Shown: positions 39,943-50,208, counted from the first letter of the stretch. The stretch is 64,000 bases of DNA from Pseudomonadota bacterium (GCA_038526515.1 JBCBGS010000001.1:4733-68732); one strand, 5' to 3'. Program-made: numbers and translations. The notes: a model not told the origin generated them from the letters alone.

Positions 39943-40016
39943 GGGAATCGAACCATGTTCAGGCCGTTTGCGCGCTCGGCGGCGATGGCGAACACGGCTC
40001 AAGGAGAGGACTAACC

Positions 40017-41480
40017 ATGGCAGCGCTGGACACCCATTCAAAAATCGATCTGATCGGCTTCAACTTGAAGATGCTGGCGCGCGGCCAGAAGCGCTCGCTT
40101 CTGATCAGCGCAGGCGCTGCAGAGGACAAAGAGTTCTTGCTCGAAGCTTGCCGCAAAATGTCCGACATCGGGGTCGGTCTTTATGCGACGCCCGGCACGC
40201 ACCGCTTCTTGGCTGAGAAAGGTGTTGAGTCCATCGCAGCGCGGAAGATCTCCAGCGATGAAGAGCCAAATATCAAAACGCTGATCCAAGACGGCAAAGT
40301 TGATTTTGTGGTCAACATTCTGACCGGTGACTCGACCTATGACGAAGCCTCTGACGCCGCCAGCATTCGCTCGCTGTCCGTAAAGCACGGTATTCCGCTT
40401 TATACCGACCGTCAGGTCGCCCGCGACACGATTGAATTGGTCCTGTCTGATCTCGAAGAGGGGACCTATTCCTATAAGATGGGCGGCGAAGATCGTCCTT
40501 GGGATTTGCGTACCCGGTTCCTCGAACTGGTTCGTGAGCGCGGTGGTTGGTCGAACCATCACGGCCATTTCGACAAGGCCTATCTTATCTCTCCAGAGAA
40601 CCTCGCTCTGGGCTTCGCCGATATGGAGAAGAAGTGGGAACTCTACCGTCACCTAAAAGAGAACTACACGCACGAAGATCTGGTCGAACGGATTTCGCGT
40701 GCGCTGCAAACGGTCGTCGACCAAGGCTCACAATATTGCCGGACCATGGTGGACGCGGACAGCATTATTGGCCTCAAGCCAATCCACGCCGCCGTCGAGG
40801 TGAAAGAGCGTTTCAAAGACAAAATTCGCTTTGAAATCGGGGTTCAGCCACTCGAAGGCGTTTTGGACGAAGCCTCTCGCGAGCAATATATCGAAGCGTG
40901 TAAACTCGCTGATTTCTGCGGCGGTCTGCCGTCTCGCGATCGCCCGCAAGAAGAGAAGCACCTCGACATCGTCATGCAAACGGCGAAAGAGCTCAACAAA
41001 ATGGTCGAGGTCCATGTCGACCAAGAGAACAATCCGTTCCAGCACGAGACCGAACTGCTCTGCTTGAAGACAATCGAGCACGGCATGCAGGGCCGCGTCT
41101 ATGGCATCCACTCGATCTCAGTGTCTGCGAAAGATGAGAGTGAGCAAGACCGCATCGTCGCGCTTTGTAAGGAAGCCGATGTTGGCATCGTCATCTGCCC
41201 ATCTGCCGCTCTCTCAATGAAGCAGCTGCCGATGCAGGGACCACTCCACAACTCTATCGGACCGTTCGTGAAGCTGAAAAATGCTGGCGTCCGCACCTAT
41301 CTCGGCATCGACAATATTGCTGACCTGTTCATGCCGATCGTCGACGGCGACATGTGGACTGAAGTGCGCATGCTGATGGAGGCGTGCCGTCACTATGACA
41401 TGGAGCAAATTGCCGACTGGGCGTGTGAGCCACCGCTTCACGTGCTGAACGAGCAAGCGGCTAAGGTTGCGGCCGAATAG
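40017..41480 (+). CDS. MGS-like domain fused to a cytosine-deaminase-like amidohydrolase
   Basis: N-terminal EDK, YATPGT, VDFVVN and IR...GIPLYT (CarB-type MGS). C-terminal HHGHFDKA, RTMVD, HVDQ, IHSIS and LGIDN. Strong AGGAGAGG RBS. Confidence 0.85.
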   Translation: MAALDTHSKIDLIGFNLKMLARGQKRSLLISAGAAEDKEFLLEACRKMSDIGVGLYATPGTHRFLAEKGVESIAARKISSDEEPNIKTLIQDGKVDFVVNILTGDSTYDEASDAASIRSLSVKHGIPLYTDRQVARDTIELVLSDLEEGTYSYKMGGEDRPWDLRTRFLELVRERGGWSNHHGHFDKAYLISPENLALGFADMEKKWELYRHLKENYTHEDLVERISRALQTVVDQGSQYCRTMVDADSIIGLKPIHAAVEVKERFKDKIRFEIGVQPLEGVLDEASREQYIEACKLADFCGGLPSRDRPQEEKHLDIVMQTAKELNKMVEVHVDQENNPFQHETELLCLKTIEHGMQGRVYGIHSISVSAKDESEQDRIVALCKEADVGIVICPSAALSMKQLPMQGPLHNSIGPFVKLKNAGVRTYLGIDNIADLFMPIVDGDMWTEVRMLMEACRHYDMEQIADWACEPPLHVLNEQAAKVAAE

Positions 41481-41544
41481 GGGATAACCCTGCGGCCAGA
41501 GGAAGCATTGGTTTGCGCCTCTGACTTTGACATATAAACAGACA

Positions 41545-41573
41545 AGAGGCGGACCGTGGTGGCCCGCCTTTTT
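41545..41573 (+). terminator. Rho-independent terminator after the MGS-deaminase gene
   Basis: AGGCGG...CCGCCT followed by TTTT. Confidence 0.65.
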
Positions 41574-41587
41574 CTTAAAGAGGCCCC

Positions 41588-43570
41588 ATGCTCGCAGAGA
41601 TTGGACAGATTGCCTTGATCCTCGCGCTATTGATCAGCGCGCTGCAGGGATGGCTCGGGCTTCAAGGCGCGCATCAGAATGACCGCCGGGCGATGGCTTT
41701 CGCCGACCGCGCCGCGATCGCACAGGCCATGTTCTGTATTCTCGCTTTTGCGCTGCTCGCGCATGCCTTCATGATCTCAGACTTCAGCGTGAAACTGGTC
41801 GCTACCAATTCGCATACGACCAAACCGATGATCTACAAGTTCAGTGGCACCTGGGGGAACCATGAAGGGTCCATGCTGCTCTGGGTGATGGTCATGGCGC
41901 TGTTTGGCGCGGCCATGGTTTGGTTTGGGAAGACCCTGCCGTCTGGCTTGAGGTCGCGGGCGATTGCCATTCAAGGCCTGACCACGACGGGGTTTCTGGC
42001 CTTCTTGATCTTCACCTCCAATCCGTTCGAGCGCTTGTCGCCGATTCCAGAGAATGGCGTGGGACTGAACCCGCTCTTGCAAGATCCCGGCTTGGCGCTG
42101 CATCCGCCCTTCCTGTATCTCGGCTATGTCGGATTCTCGGTCGCGTTTTCGTTTGCTGTCGCGGCTTTGATTGAAGGCCGGGTTGATGCGATGTGGGCGC
42201 GCTGGGTGCGTCCTTGGGTTCTGATGGCGTGGAGTTTCCTCACCATTGGCATCGTGCTCGGCAGTGTCTGGGCCTATTATGAACTCGGCTGGGGTGGCTG
42301 GTGGTTCTGGGACCCGGTCGAGAATGTCAGCTTCATGCCGTGGCTTGCAGGGACCGCGCTCTTGCACTCGACCCTTGTTGCGCAGGCGCGGGGAAGCTTC
42401 ATCCGCTGGACGCTCCTGCTGGCGATTACAACCTTTTCCCTCAGCCTTGTCGGGACCTTTATCGTTCGATCTGGTGTTCTCACCAGTGTGCACGCCTTTG
42501 CGGTCGATCCCGATCGAGGTATCTTCATTTTGGGGCTGCTGATCCTGTCGACCGGCGGCGCCTTGGCGCTATATGCCCTGCGCTCGAACCGGATTGCTCA
42601 TGGCGCAAGCTTTGAGTTTGAAAGCCGTGAAGCGGGTCTCGTCCTCAACAATATTTTGCTCGTCGTCTCCACGGCGACCGTCTTCCTGGGCACATTCTAT
42701 CCGCTCGTGATCGACGCCATGACCGGCGACAAAATTACGGTCGGCCCCCCTTATTTTGAGCTTACCTTTGGACCGATCATGGCGGTGCTCATCCTCTTCA
42801 TGGCGGTCGCTCCTTTGATGAAATGGCGCAGCGATAACTGGCGGCGCATTCGCAAGATACTCTTCGTTATGGCAGCGCCTGCGGTTCCTCTCACGATTGC
42901 GGTCATGGTTTTTGGAAAGACTGTGTTCGGCGCGCTCGGGATGGGGCTTGCGGTCTGGTTGTTCTTCGGGACAGCAGCGAATTATGCACGCAAGCTGCGG
43001 CTCGGTGAAACCAAGAGCACGCTCGGGAACCTCCTCAAGCGTTTTGCACTCCTGCCGGGCGCGACTCATGGATTTGCGCTTGCGCACCTTGGCCTCGCGG
43101 TCTGCACGGTTGGCGTTGTCGCCATGGGCGTCTGGGCGGACGAAGAAGTGGACCGGCTCAAAATCGGTGAGAGCATCTCCGTTTCGGGCTACGAGTTCCG
43201 CCTTGAGGGCGTTGACCGGGCGCAGGGACCGAACTTCATCGCGGAAACAGGCCGCGTGGTGATTGAACGGAACGGCAATTTCGTTGCAACCCTCAATCCC
43301 GAGCAACGCATGTATCCGGTTGAACGCAACAACACGACCGAAGGCTCGATGGAAGTTGGTGCACTTCGAATTCTCTATGCCGCGAAAGGCGAAGGGAACC
43401 CAGAAGACGGCTGGGTGGTGAGCGTCTATTATCACCCCTTGGTGATTTGGATTTGGATTGGCGCGCTGATGATGGCAGTGGGCGGATTGGTGTCTGTCGC
43501 GGATCGGCGTCATGCGTTTGCGGCGCGGCGGGCGAAACCTTCGTCCGCGCAACCTGTAGCGGCGGAGTAG
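41588..43570 (+). CDS. ccmF: Cytochrome c heme lyase CcmF
   Basis: WGNHEGS, HPPFLYLGY, WAYYELGWGGWWFWDPVEN and SVHAFA. Confidence 0.97.
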   Translation: MLAEIGQIALILALLISALQGWLGLQGAHQNDRRAMAFADRAAIAQAMFCILAFALLAHAFMISDFSVKLVATNSHTTKPMIYKFSGTWGNHEGSMLLWVMVMALFGAAMVWFGKTLPSGLRSRAIAIQGLTTTGFLAFLIFTSNPFERLSPIPENGVGLNPLLQDPGLALHPPFLYLGYVGFSVAFSFAVAALIEGRVDAMWARWVRPWVLMAWSFLTIGIVLGSVWAYYELGWGGWWFWDPVENVSFMPWLAGTALLHSTLVAQARGSFIRWTLLLAITTFSLSLVGTFIVRSGVLTSVHAFAVDPDRGIFILGLLILSTGGALALYALRSNRIAHGASFEFESREAGLVLNNILLVVSTATVFLGTFYPLVIDAMTGDKITVGPPYFELTFGPIMAVLILFMAVAPLMKWRSDNWRRIRKILFVMAAPAVPLTIAVMVFGKTVFGALGMGLAVWLFFGTAANYARKLRLGETKSTLGNLLKRFALLPGATHGFALAHLGLAVCTVGVVAMGVWADEEVDRLKIGESISVSGYEFRLEGVDRAQGPNFIAETGRVVIERNGNFVATLNPEQRMYPVERNNTTEGSMEVGALRILYAAKGEGNPEDGWVVSVYYHPLVIWIWIGALMMAVGGLVSVADRRHAFAARRAKPSSAQPVAAE

Positions 43571-43574
43571 AGAG

Positions 43575-44114
43575 ATGAAACTATCGCGTTTGCTGCCCGT
43601 CGGACTCTTCGGGGTTTTGGTGATCTTCCTGGCGATCGGTTTGACCCGCGACCCAAGTGTTATCCCAACTGAGATGATCGATCGCGAAATGCCCGCGTTC
43701 GAGCTGACGGAATTACGAGATGAAGCCGTCACCGTGAGCCAAGCCGATTTGGTTGGCGAAGTGACGCTGGTCAATGTGTTTGGATCTTGGTGCTTCGCCT
43801 GCCTGCAAGAGCATCCGACTTTGATGGAATTGTCGCGAGACGACACGGTTCGCATCGTCGGCATCAATTGGCGCGATGACCGCGAGGACGCATTGGCCTG
43901 GCTGGTGAAACATGGCGACCCATACGACGCGATCGTGTTCGATGCCGAGAGCGAGCTGGTGATTGAGATCGGCGTTACCGGCGCGCCAGAAACGTTCGTG
44001 CTCGATCCGTCTGGACGCATTCGGTATAAACAAATTGGGCCGATCACACCTGAGGTTTGGAGCAAGACGATCCGTCCGGTCATCGACGCGATTGAAAGTG
44101 AACCGGTGTCATGA
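43575..44114 (+). CDS. ccmG: Thiol:disulfide oxidoreductase CcmG/DsbE
   Basis: SWCFACLQEHP and GVTGAPETF. Confidence 0.93.
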   Translation: MKLSRLLPVGLFGVLVIFLAIGLTRDPSVIPTEMIDREMPAFELTELRDEAVTVSQADLVGEVTLVNVFGSWCFACLQEHPTLMELSRDDTVRIVGINWRDDREDALAWLVKHGDPYDAIVFDAESELVIEIGVTGAPETFVLDPSGRIRYKQIGPITPEVWSKTIRPVIDAIESEPVS

Positions 44115-44578
44115 GGGCGTTGATCGTACTCCTCCTGGCTGCGCTGTGGTCCGCAGCGATTGTGTTCGCCCAGGAGGGCACGGCAGAAACGCCAGAAGAG
44201 GTGGACGCGCGAACCGAGGCGATCTCAAAGACCCTGCGCTGCGTCGTCTGTCAGAACCAGTCGATTTATGATTCCAACGCGCCGCTCGCCGAAGACATGC
44301 GCAACCTGGTCCGCAAACGCGTCGAAGCGGGCGATACGAATGACGAAGCGCGCGAATATCTGCGCGAGCGTTATGGCGACTACGTTTTGATGTCGCCGCC
44401 TTTGCAAATGAACACGATCCTGCTTTGGACCGGGCCGATTTTCCTCGTCCTGATCGGGCTGATCTGGTTCCTCGCGCGTTTAAGGTCCGGGCAGGCCGTG
44501 CCGGACCGCGAGGCGCTCAGCGAAGCTGATAAAGCCCGCATTGCGGAAGCCCTAAGCGAGCCGCCGAGCGCCAAATGA
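44111..44578 (+). CDS. ccmH: Cytochrome c biogenesis protein CcmH
   Basis: LRCVVCQNQSIYDSNA and RYGDYVL. Confidence 0.95.
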   Translation: MRALIVLLLAALWSAAIVFAQEGTAETPEEVDARTEAISKTLRCVVCQNQSIYDSNAPLAEDMRNLVRKRVEAGDTNDEAREYLRERYGDYVLMSPPLQMNTILLWTGPIFLVLIGLIWFLARLRSGQAVPDREALSEADKARIAEALSEPPSAK

Positions 44579-45480
44579 TCTGGGTTATCTTCTTCATCCT
44601 CTTGCTCGTGACGGGCGCTTACTTGGTGTTTCCGTTCCTGAGGACCGCGCCTGAAGCCGGGCCTGGCGCCTTGGAGGAAGCCAAGCAGCAGCGCGCAACG
44701 GTTGACCTCGATGAGGCCGCCGGGCGCCTAAGCTCGGATGCCGCCGTGGAAGCGCGCGATGCTCTGGACCGCCGGATCCTGGACCTGCTCGATGCGCCGG
44801 AAAAGATCGCGTCAGAGCGCAAGCTAAAATCAGCCGTAATGGCGATCGTGCCAGCGGTTCTGCTGCTCGGCGGTGTCGGCGTCTATACCCAAGTCGGGAG
44901 CCCAGGCCTCCAGCCCATCAGTTTCGCAGAGTATCAAGCCCAGCAAGCCGCGGCCTTACCCGATACGTTGGACGGCCTGGTCGTTGAGCTCAAAGATCGC
45001 CTCGAAGCCGATCCTAACCCTCCGGCTGAGGGATACGTCTTGTTGGCGCGGTCTTACTTGCGGCTTGGTCGGATCGAAGAAGGTCTCGCCGCCTATAATG
45101 TCGCGATCGACCTGTCACAGGGTGATGAAAATATCGTGGGTGAACGCCAGCGCGTTTTACAAATGCTGCAGGACCGCGCTGCGGCCCCGGCCATCGATCC
45201 GGAAGCCCGCGCTCGAATTGAAGCTATGACGGCGGATGAACAGGCCGCGATGATTGAGGGCATGGTCGAAGGACTGGCCGTGCGCCTAGAGCAAGACCCC
45301 AATGATATTGAGGGCTGGCTGCGACTCATAAGGGCCCGCGTCGTCATGGGAGACGCGGAACAGGCGCGCCTCGATTTGGCATCTGCGCTGACAAACTTTC
45401 CGTCCGGAACGGAAGAGGGTGCAATGCTGGAGAACCTCGCCGCAGAGCTCTTGCCACCTGTCTCTGATACCCCAGAATAA
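44575..45480 (+). CDS. ccmI: Cytochrome c biogenesis protein CcmI (TPR)
   Basis: N-terminal TM, leucine-zipper-like loop, second TM ending GSP and TPR-like RLEQDPNDIEGW. Confidence 0.85.
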   Translation: MIWVIFFILLLVTGAYLVFPFLRTAPEAGPGALEEAKQQRATVDLDEAAGRLSSDAAVEARDALDRRILDLLDAPEKIASERKLKSAVMAIVPAVLLLGGVGVYTQVGSPGLQPISFAEYQAQQAAALPDTLDGLVVELKDRLEADPNPPAEGYVLLARSYLRLGRIEEGLAAYNVAIDLSQGDENIVGERQRVLQMLQDRAAAPAIDPEARARIEAMTADEQAAMIEGMVEGLAVRLEQDPNDIEGWLRLIRARVVMGDAEQARLDLASALTNFPSGTEEGAMLENLAAELLPPVSDTPE

Positions 45481-45513
45481 TAAGCTTCGCTGCACGCGAT
45501 CTAGGATGGGTGT

Positions 45514-45527
45514 TGACATCGCTGTCA
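45514..45527. promoter_or_regulatory. LacI-family operator overlapping a TTGACA -35 of the sugar symporter
   Basis: TGACATCGCTGTCA is a 14-bp near-palindrome with a central CG. Confidence 0.65.
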
Positions 45528-45588
45528 CGTATTGCGTAGGGCTAGGATAAGGACGAGCACGTACTCGCTCCAGGGAGGATTATAAGTC

Positions 45589-47262
45589 ATGTCATTGGAC
45601 ACCATCGATCTGGTGATCGTCGGCCTATATGCGGTCGCGCTTTTCGCCATTGCTGTTTTCGTGTCCCGCGAGCCTGCGGGTGAAACTAAGGATACTGAGG
45701 ATTACTTCCTCGCCGGCAAAGCGCTGCCTTGGTGGGCGATTGGTGCCTCCTTGATCGCCGCGAACATTTCAGCCGAGCAAATCATTGGTCAATCCGGGCA
45801 GGGCTTTGTGGTCGGTCTCGCGATCGCGGCTTATGAGTGGCAGGCGGCCTTGGTCTTGATCATCGTCGCGGCTTTCTTCCTGCCAATCTTCTTGAAGCGC
45901 GGGATCTATACGATGCCGCAATTCCTCGAGACCCGGTTCGGGCCGAGCGTGAAAACGATTATGGCCGTGTTCTGGATCTTCCTGTTTACCGCCGTGAACC
46001 TAACCACAGTGCTCTATGGCGGTGCGTTGGCTATCCAAGCAGTGACCGGCCTCGGCGTGTTTACAGGTATGGCCATGCTGGCTGGCTTTGCGCTTCTCTA
46101 TTCTCTTTATGGTGGTCTTAAAGCGGTCGCGCTGACCGACATTATTCAGGTCGTCATCCTGATCCTTGGCGGCTTCGCGATTACGATCCTCGTGCTCTCA
46201 ATGGTCGGCGGAGATCGCGGTGCCATGGGTGGCCTCAATACATTGATGGGCGAGCTACCAGGGCACTTCGAGATGATCCTCGACCGCGATCATCCAAGCT
46301 ATGGTGATCTGCCCGGCATTTGGACGCTGCTGGGTGGTCTATGGGTGCTTCACTTCTCGTATTGGGGCTTCAACCAGTACATCATTCAACGAGCCCTTGG
46401 CGCGGAGAATTTGGCTGAAGCGCAAAAGGGTCTCGCCTTTGCTGCGCTGTTGAAATTCCTCATTCCATTGATCGTCGTGATCCCGGGAATCGCAGCGCTT
46501 TGGCTGGCCCAAAACGGGTTGCAGGGTCTGAGTGAAGAAGCGCTGAGTGCGAAACCTGACAGCACCTATGGGGCGCTGATGGCGCTGATGCCTGTCGGTA
46601 TTCGCGGCTTGATCTTTGCGGCTTTGGTCGCGGCGATCGTGTCGTCACTGGCGTCGATGATCAACTCAATCTCGACCATCTTCACGATGGATATCTATCG
46701 CGATTATGTCGCCAAAGACCGCGCTGAGGGACACTATGTTCTGATCGGCCGGGTGACGGCGGCAATCGCTATGGTGATTGCTTTGTTCCTCGCGATCCCA
46801 CTGCTTGGCGGCGGGACGAGTATCTTCCAGACCATTCAGGAATATACCGGCTTCGTGGCCCCAGGCATCGTTGCGGTCTTCTTGCTTGGCTTCTTCTGGA
46901 AGCGCACCAACACGGCAGGTGCCTTCGCGCTGCTGATTTCGTCAGTGGTCTTGTCGCTGCTCTTCTTCACAGCCTCCGGGTCAGAAGGTGGTGGCGTTGC
47001 TTCTGTACTCGGCCCGATCTTCAATCCGATCCTCGGCCTGGCGGACTTTGACGTCACCAATATGCCATTCGTTGTGCGGATCTGGTTCATCTTCTTGATC
47101 TGTGTGCTCATCGGCGTGGTTGTATCTCTGCTGACACCGCCGCCAGAAGAGGACCAACCCGTCCAGTTGGGCGATATCAGCTTCGCAACCAACACGACGT
47201 TTAAAGTCACCGCAGGTGTTGCGATTGCCATCCTGATCGGCCTTTACGCGGCCTTCTGGTAA
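45589..47262 (+). CDS. Sodium/sugar symporter (SSS family, vSGLT-like)
   Basis: DYFLAGKALPWWAIGASLIAANISAEQ, YWGFNQYIIQRAL and TIFTMDIY. Confidence 0.93.
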   Translation: MSLDTIDLVIVGLYAVALFAIAVFVSREPAGETKDTEDYFLAGKALPWWAIGASLIAANISAEQIIGQSGQGFVVGLAIAAYEWQAALVLIIVAAFFLPIFLKRGIYTMPQFLETRFGPSVKTIMAVFWIFLFTAVNLTTVLYGGALAIQAVTGLGVFTGMAMLAGFALLYSLYGGLKAVALTDIIQVVILILGGFAITILVLSMVGGDRGAMGGLNTLMGELPGHFEMILDRDHPSYGDLPGIWTLLGGLWVLHFSYWGFNQYIIQRALGAENLAEAQKGLAFAALLKFLIPLIVVIPGIAALWLAQNGLQGLSEEALSAKPDSTYGALMALMPVGIRGLIFAALVAAIVSSLASMINSISTIFTMDIYRDYVAKDRAEGHYVLIGRVTAAIAMVIALFLAIPLLGGGTSIFQTIQEYTGFVAPGIVAVFLLGFFWKRTNTAGAFALLISSVVLSLLFFTASGSEGGGVASVLGPIFNPILGLADFDVTNMPFVVRIWFIFLICVLIGVVVSLLTPPPEEDQPVQLGDISFATNTTFKVTAGVAIAILIGLYAAFW

Positions 47263-47359
47263 GTCTTAGCAGCGTCGCTCAATGGGTGACGCTGCGAGAA
47301 CATTTGCCAAGGCCCCCTCCGTGCGCCAGTTAAAGCGCTACAACTGTTAGGAGGGTGCC

Positions 47360-48538
47360 ATGGCAACTGGCCGCGAATTTGACGTCATCGTTTATGGATC
47401 AACGGGCTATACGGGCCGTTTGGTCGCTGAGTATCTCGCCAAGACATATGGAACTGGCGGCGACGTCACTTGGGCGATGGCCGGACGCAGCGCTGAGAAG
47501 CTTGCGGCTGTGCGCGACGAAATCGGAGCGCCTGCGGATACACCATTCGTGGTCGCGGATGCGAACGACGCGGCGAGCTTGAAAGCCATGGTAGAACGGG
47601 CAGGCTGTATCTGTACAACTGTCGGCCCTTACCAGCTTTACGGAGAAGCCTTGGTCGAAGCCTGCGCGGCGGCCGGGACCGACTATGTCGACCTGTGCGG
47701 TGAGCCAGCTTGGATGCACGAGATGATCCAGAAGCATGAGAGCGCTGCGCAAGCGAGCGGCGCTCGTATTGTCTTCTCTTGCGGGTTCGACTCCATCCCA
47801 TTCGATCTAGGTGTCTGGTTCACACAGGAAGCGGCGAAAGAGCGGTTCGGCAAGCCCGTCCCGCGCATCAAAGGCCGCGTCCGCAAGATGCAGGGCACGT
47901 TTTCTGGTGGTACTGCGGCGAGCTTTAAAGCGACCATGGCGTCTGTTGGCAAAGACCCGTCTCTGCTTGGCGTTCTGCAGAACCCGTTCAGCCTCACCAT
48001 GGGCTTTCAAGGTCCGGATCAGCCGCATGGCATGAAGCCGGTTGAAGATGCTGACATTGGCAGCTGGTCTGCGCCATTCATCATGGCTTCAATCAATACC
48101 AAGAATGTCCATCGCTCAAACGCGTTGATGGGGCACTCTTATGGCGAAGACTTTGTCTATGACGAGATGATGCTGACCGGCCCGGGCGATCAGGGCAAAG
48201 CCGCGGCGGAAGCCATTGCCAGCATGGATATGATGGGCGGCGATGATGGCCCGAAGCCAGGCGAAGGCCCAAGCAAGGAAGAGCGCGAAGCAGGCTTCTA
48301 TGATGTCATGTTCCACGGCACGTCTGCGGATGGTCAGGTGATCATTGCTGGCGTCACCGGCGACAAAGACCCAGGTTATGGCTCAACCTCTAAGATGATT
48401 GCTGAGAGTGCGATCTGTCTCGTCAAAGACGATACAGGCACACCCGGCGGCATCTGGACGCCAGCGCCGGCTATGGGCGGTCACATCGTGAAGCGCCTGA
48501 CAGAAAAAGCCGGACTGACCTTTACCGTCGAAAACTAA
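47360..48538 (+). CDS. Saccharopine dehydrogenase-like oxidoreductase
   Basis: [29 protein letters not shown] and DPGYGST. Confidence 0.92.
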   Translation: MATGREFDVIVYGSTGYTGRLVAEYLAKTYGTGGDVTWAMAGRSAEKLAAVRDEIGAPADTPFVVADANDAASLKAMVERAGCICTTVGPYQLYGEALVEACAAAGTDYVDLCGEPAWMHEMIQKHESAAQASGARIVFSCGFDSIPFDLGVWFTQEAAKERFGKPVPRIKGRVRKMQGTFSGGTAASFKATMASVGKDPSLLGVLQNPFSLTMGFQGPDQPHGMKPVEDADIGSWSAPFIMASINTKNVHRSNALMGHSYGEDFVYDEMMLTGPGDQGKAAAEAIASMDMMGGDDGPKPGEGPSKEEREAGFYDVMFHGTSADGQVIIAGVTGDKDPGYGSTSKMIAESAICLVKDDTGTPGGIWTPAPAMGGHIVKRLTEKAGLTFTVEN

Positions 48539-49719
48539 GACGAAACCACTTTGACGGTTGAGGCCGCGCGGCTTGCTTTGGCTCGCGCGGCCTCAATTGT
48601 TTCGGCATGCGCAATCGCGACACCCATGCGTCGTTTCTCATACGAGACCGGTTTGCCGAAGAGGCGGATCTGAGTGCCCGACTCAGCGAGCGCCTCTGCA
48701 ACGTTTTCAAACGCCACGCCCTCAGCTTCTATGCCGCCATAGATCACAGCGCTGGCGCCTAGGCGATTGAGCGTTGTATCAACCGGAAGCCCGAGAATCG
48801 CGCGGGCATGCAGGGCGAACTCGCTTTGGTCCTGCGTCGACAAGGTTACCAGGCCGGTATCGTGCGGGCGCGGGCTGACCTCAGAAAACCAAACCTCATC
48901 GCCTTTGACGAACAGCTCGACCCCGAACACGCCGAGGCCGCCAATATCATCGGTGACTTTCTGTGCCATGCCTTGCGCGGCGTTCAGCGCCGCAGGGTTC
49001 ATCGGTTGGGGCTGCCAGCTTTCAACATAGTCGCCGCCCTCTTGGCGATGTCCGACCGGCGCACAGAAACTCGTCCCATCGCGGTGGCGAACGGTGAGCA
49101 AGGTAATCTCATAGTCAAAGTCCACGGCGCCCTCGACAATGACGCGGACTTGATTGCCGCGTCCTGCTGTGAGGGCGTGATCCCAGGCGGCTTTGATATC
49201 TGCCGCGCTGTCGACTTTGGACTGGCCTTTGCCGGAAGAAGACATGACGGGTTTGACGAAGACGGGATAGCCGATCTTGGCGGCTTCGGCGGCAAGTGTG
49301 TCTGCGTCGCTGGCAAAGGCGTAGGGACTAGTTTTAAGGCCCAAAGTTTCGGCGGCGAGTCGGCGGATGCCTTCTCTATCCATCGTTAGTTGGGTAGCGC
49401 GGGCTGTCGGGATCACAGTCGCGAGACCGCTTGCCTCGATCGCGGCTAACTCATCGGTCGCGATCGCTTCAATTTCGGGCACGACGAGGTCTGGTTTTTC
49501 CCGCTCGATCACGGCGCGAAGAGCGGCAGCATCTGTCATGTCGATGACGTGGGAGCGGTGCGCGACCTGCATACCAGGCGCGTTGGCGTAGCGATCACAG
49601 GCAATCACCTCGACCCCAAACCGCTGCAGCTCGATGACGACTTCTTTGCCAAGCTCACCGGCCCCTAAGAACAAAACCTTTTTGGCGTTTGGAGACAGAG
49701 GGGATCCGATCCGGGTCAT
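48535..49719 (-). CDS. purT: Formate-dependent phosphoribosylglycinamide formyltransferase
   Basis: [41 protein letters not shown] and RRMGVA. Confidence 0.97.
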   Translation of the reverse strand: MTRIGSPLSPNAKKVLFLGAGELGKEVVIELQRFGVEVIACDRYANAPGMQVAHRSHVIDMTDAAALRAVIEREKPDLVVPEIEAIATDELAAIEASGLATVIPTARATQLTMDREGIRRLAAETLGLKTSPYAFASDADTLAAEAAKIGYPVFVKPVMSSSGKGQSKVDSAADIKAAWDHALTAGRGNQVRVIVEGAVDFDYEITLLTVRHRDGTSFCAPVGHRQEGGDYVESWQPQPMNPAALNAAQGMAQKVTDDIGGLGVFGVELFVKGDEVWFSEVSPRPHDTGLVTLSTQDQSEFALHARAILGLPVDTTLNRLGASAVIYGGIEAEGVAFENVAEALAESGTQIRLFGKPVSYEKRRMGVAIAHAETIEAARAKASRAASTVKVVSS

Positions 49720-50156
49720 GACGTCGTCGCAGGTTTGTGGCGCTTTTTGATGGTGCCTGAAAAGTTGAGGACCGGGCGTCCATCGCCGGTGATCACGCCG
49801 CGTACAAAAGTGATGGAGCGTCCGCCGCCCATGACTTCGCCGCGGGCTTCAATCAGTTCACCTTCCAAAGCGCCTGACAGGAATTCTGAGGTGAAGGCCA
49901 CGGTTACGCCGTAGCCGTCATTCTCGCTATTATGAGCCAGCGCGAACAGGGCGAAGTCGGCAAAGGTCATCAAGGCACCGCCATGCACCACGCCGCCAGC
50001 ATTCATATGTTTGCGCTCAGCGCGGAAGGCGGCAACCATTTTGCCGTCATTGTCTTCCTTCAAATAGAATGGACCGGCGGTATCGTGTTCAAAGGGTTCA
50101 TTCGGCCAAGTCGACCATCCCGCAAACTCGCCCTCAGTGATTAGCTTGGCTTCCAT
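49716..50156 (-). CDS. PaaI family thioesterase
   Basis: [18 protein letters not shown]. Confidence 0.9.
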   Translation of the reverse strand: MEAKLITEGEFAGWSTWPNEPFEHDTAGPFYLKEDNDGKMVAAFRAERKHMNAGGVVHGGALMTFADFALFALAHNSENDGYGVTVAFTSEFLSGALEGELIEARGEVMGGGRSITFVRGVITGDGRPVLNFSGTIKKRHKPATTS

Positions 50157-50208
50157 AAACAGCCCTCCTTAGAGCCTAACTTGCACGCTCCTTGGTCAAG
50201 TCTAGCTC

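Noticed and set aside
39793-40014. 73-aa ORF ending 2 bp before the MGS-deaminase ATG (possible leader peptide)
   Set aside because: The purine tract overlaps the GTG start, the ORF runs through the terminator-like hairpin and the putative promoter, and its composition is not protein-like. It cannot be fully excluded without Ribo-seq.
42569-44083. 504-aa antisense ORF
   Set aside because: It lies entirely opposite ccmF/ccmG and has no recognisable motifs, as expected for a shadow ORF in GC-rich coding DNA.
47268-47295. Hairpin GCAGCGTCGCTC...GGGTGACGCTGC as a REP or MITE
   Set aside because: I saw no second copy in the window, so it is more likely a 3' stem-loop of the symporter mRNA.
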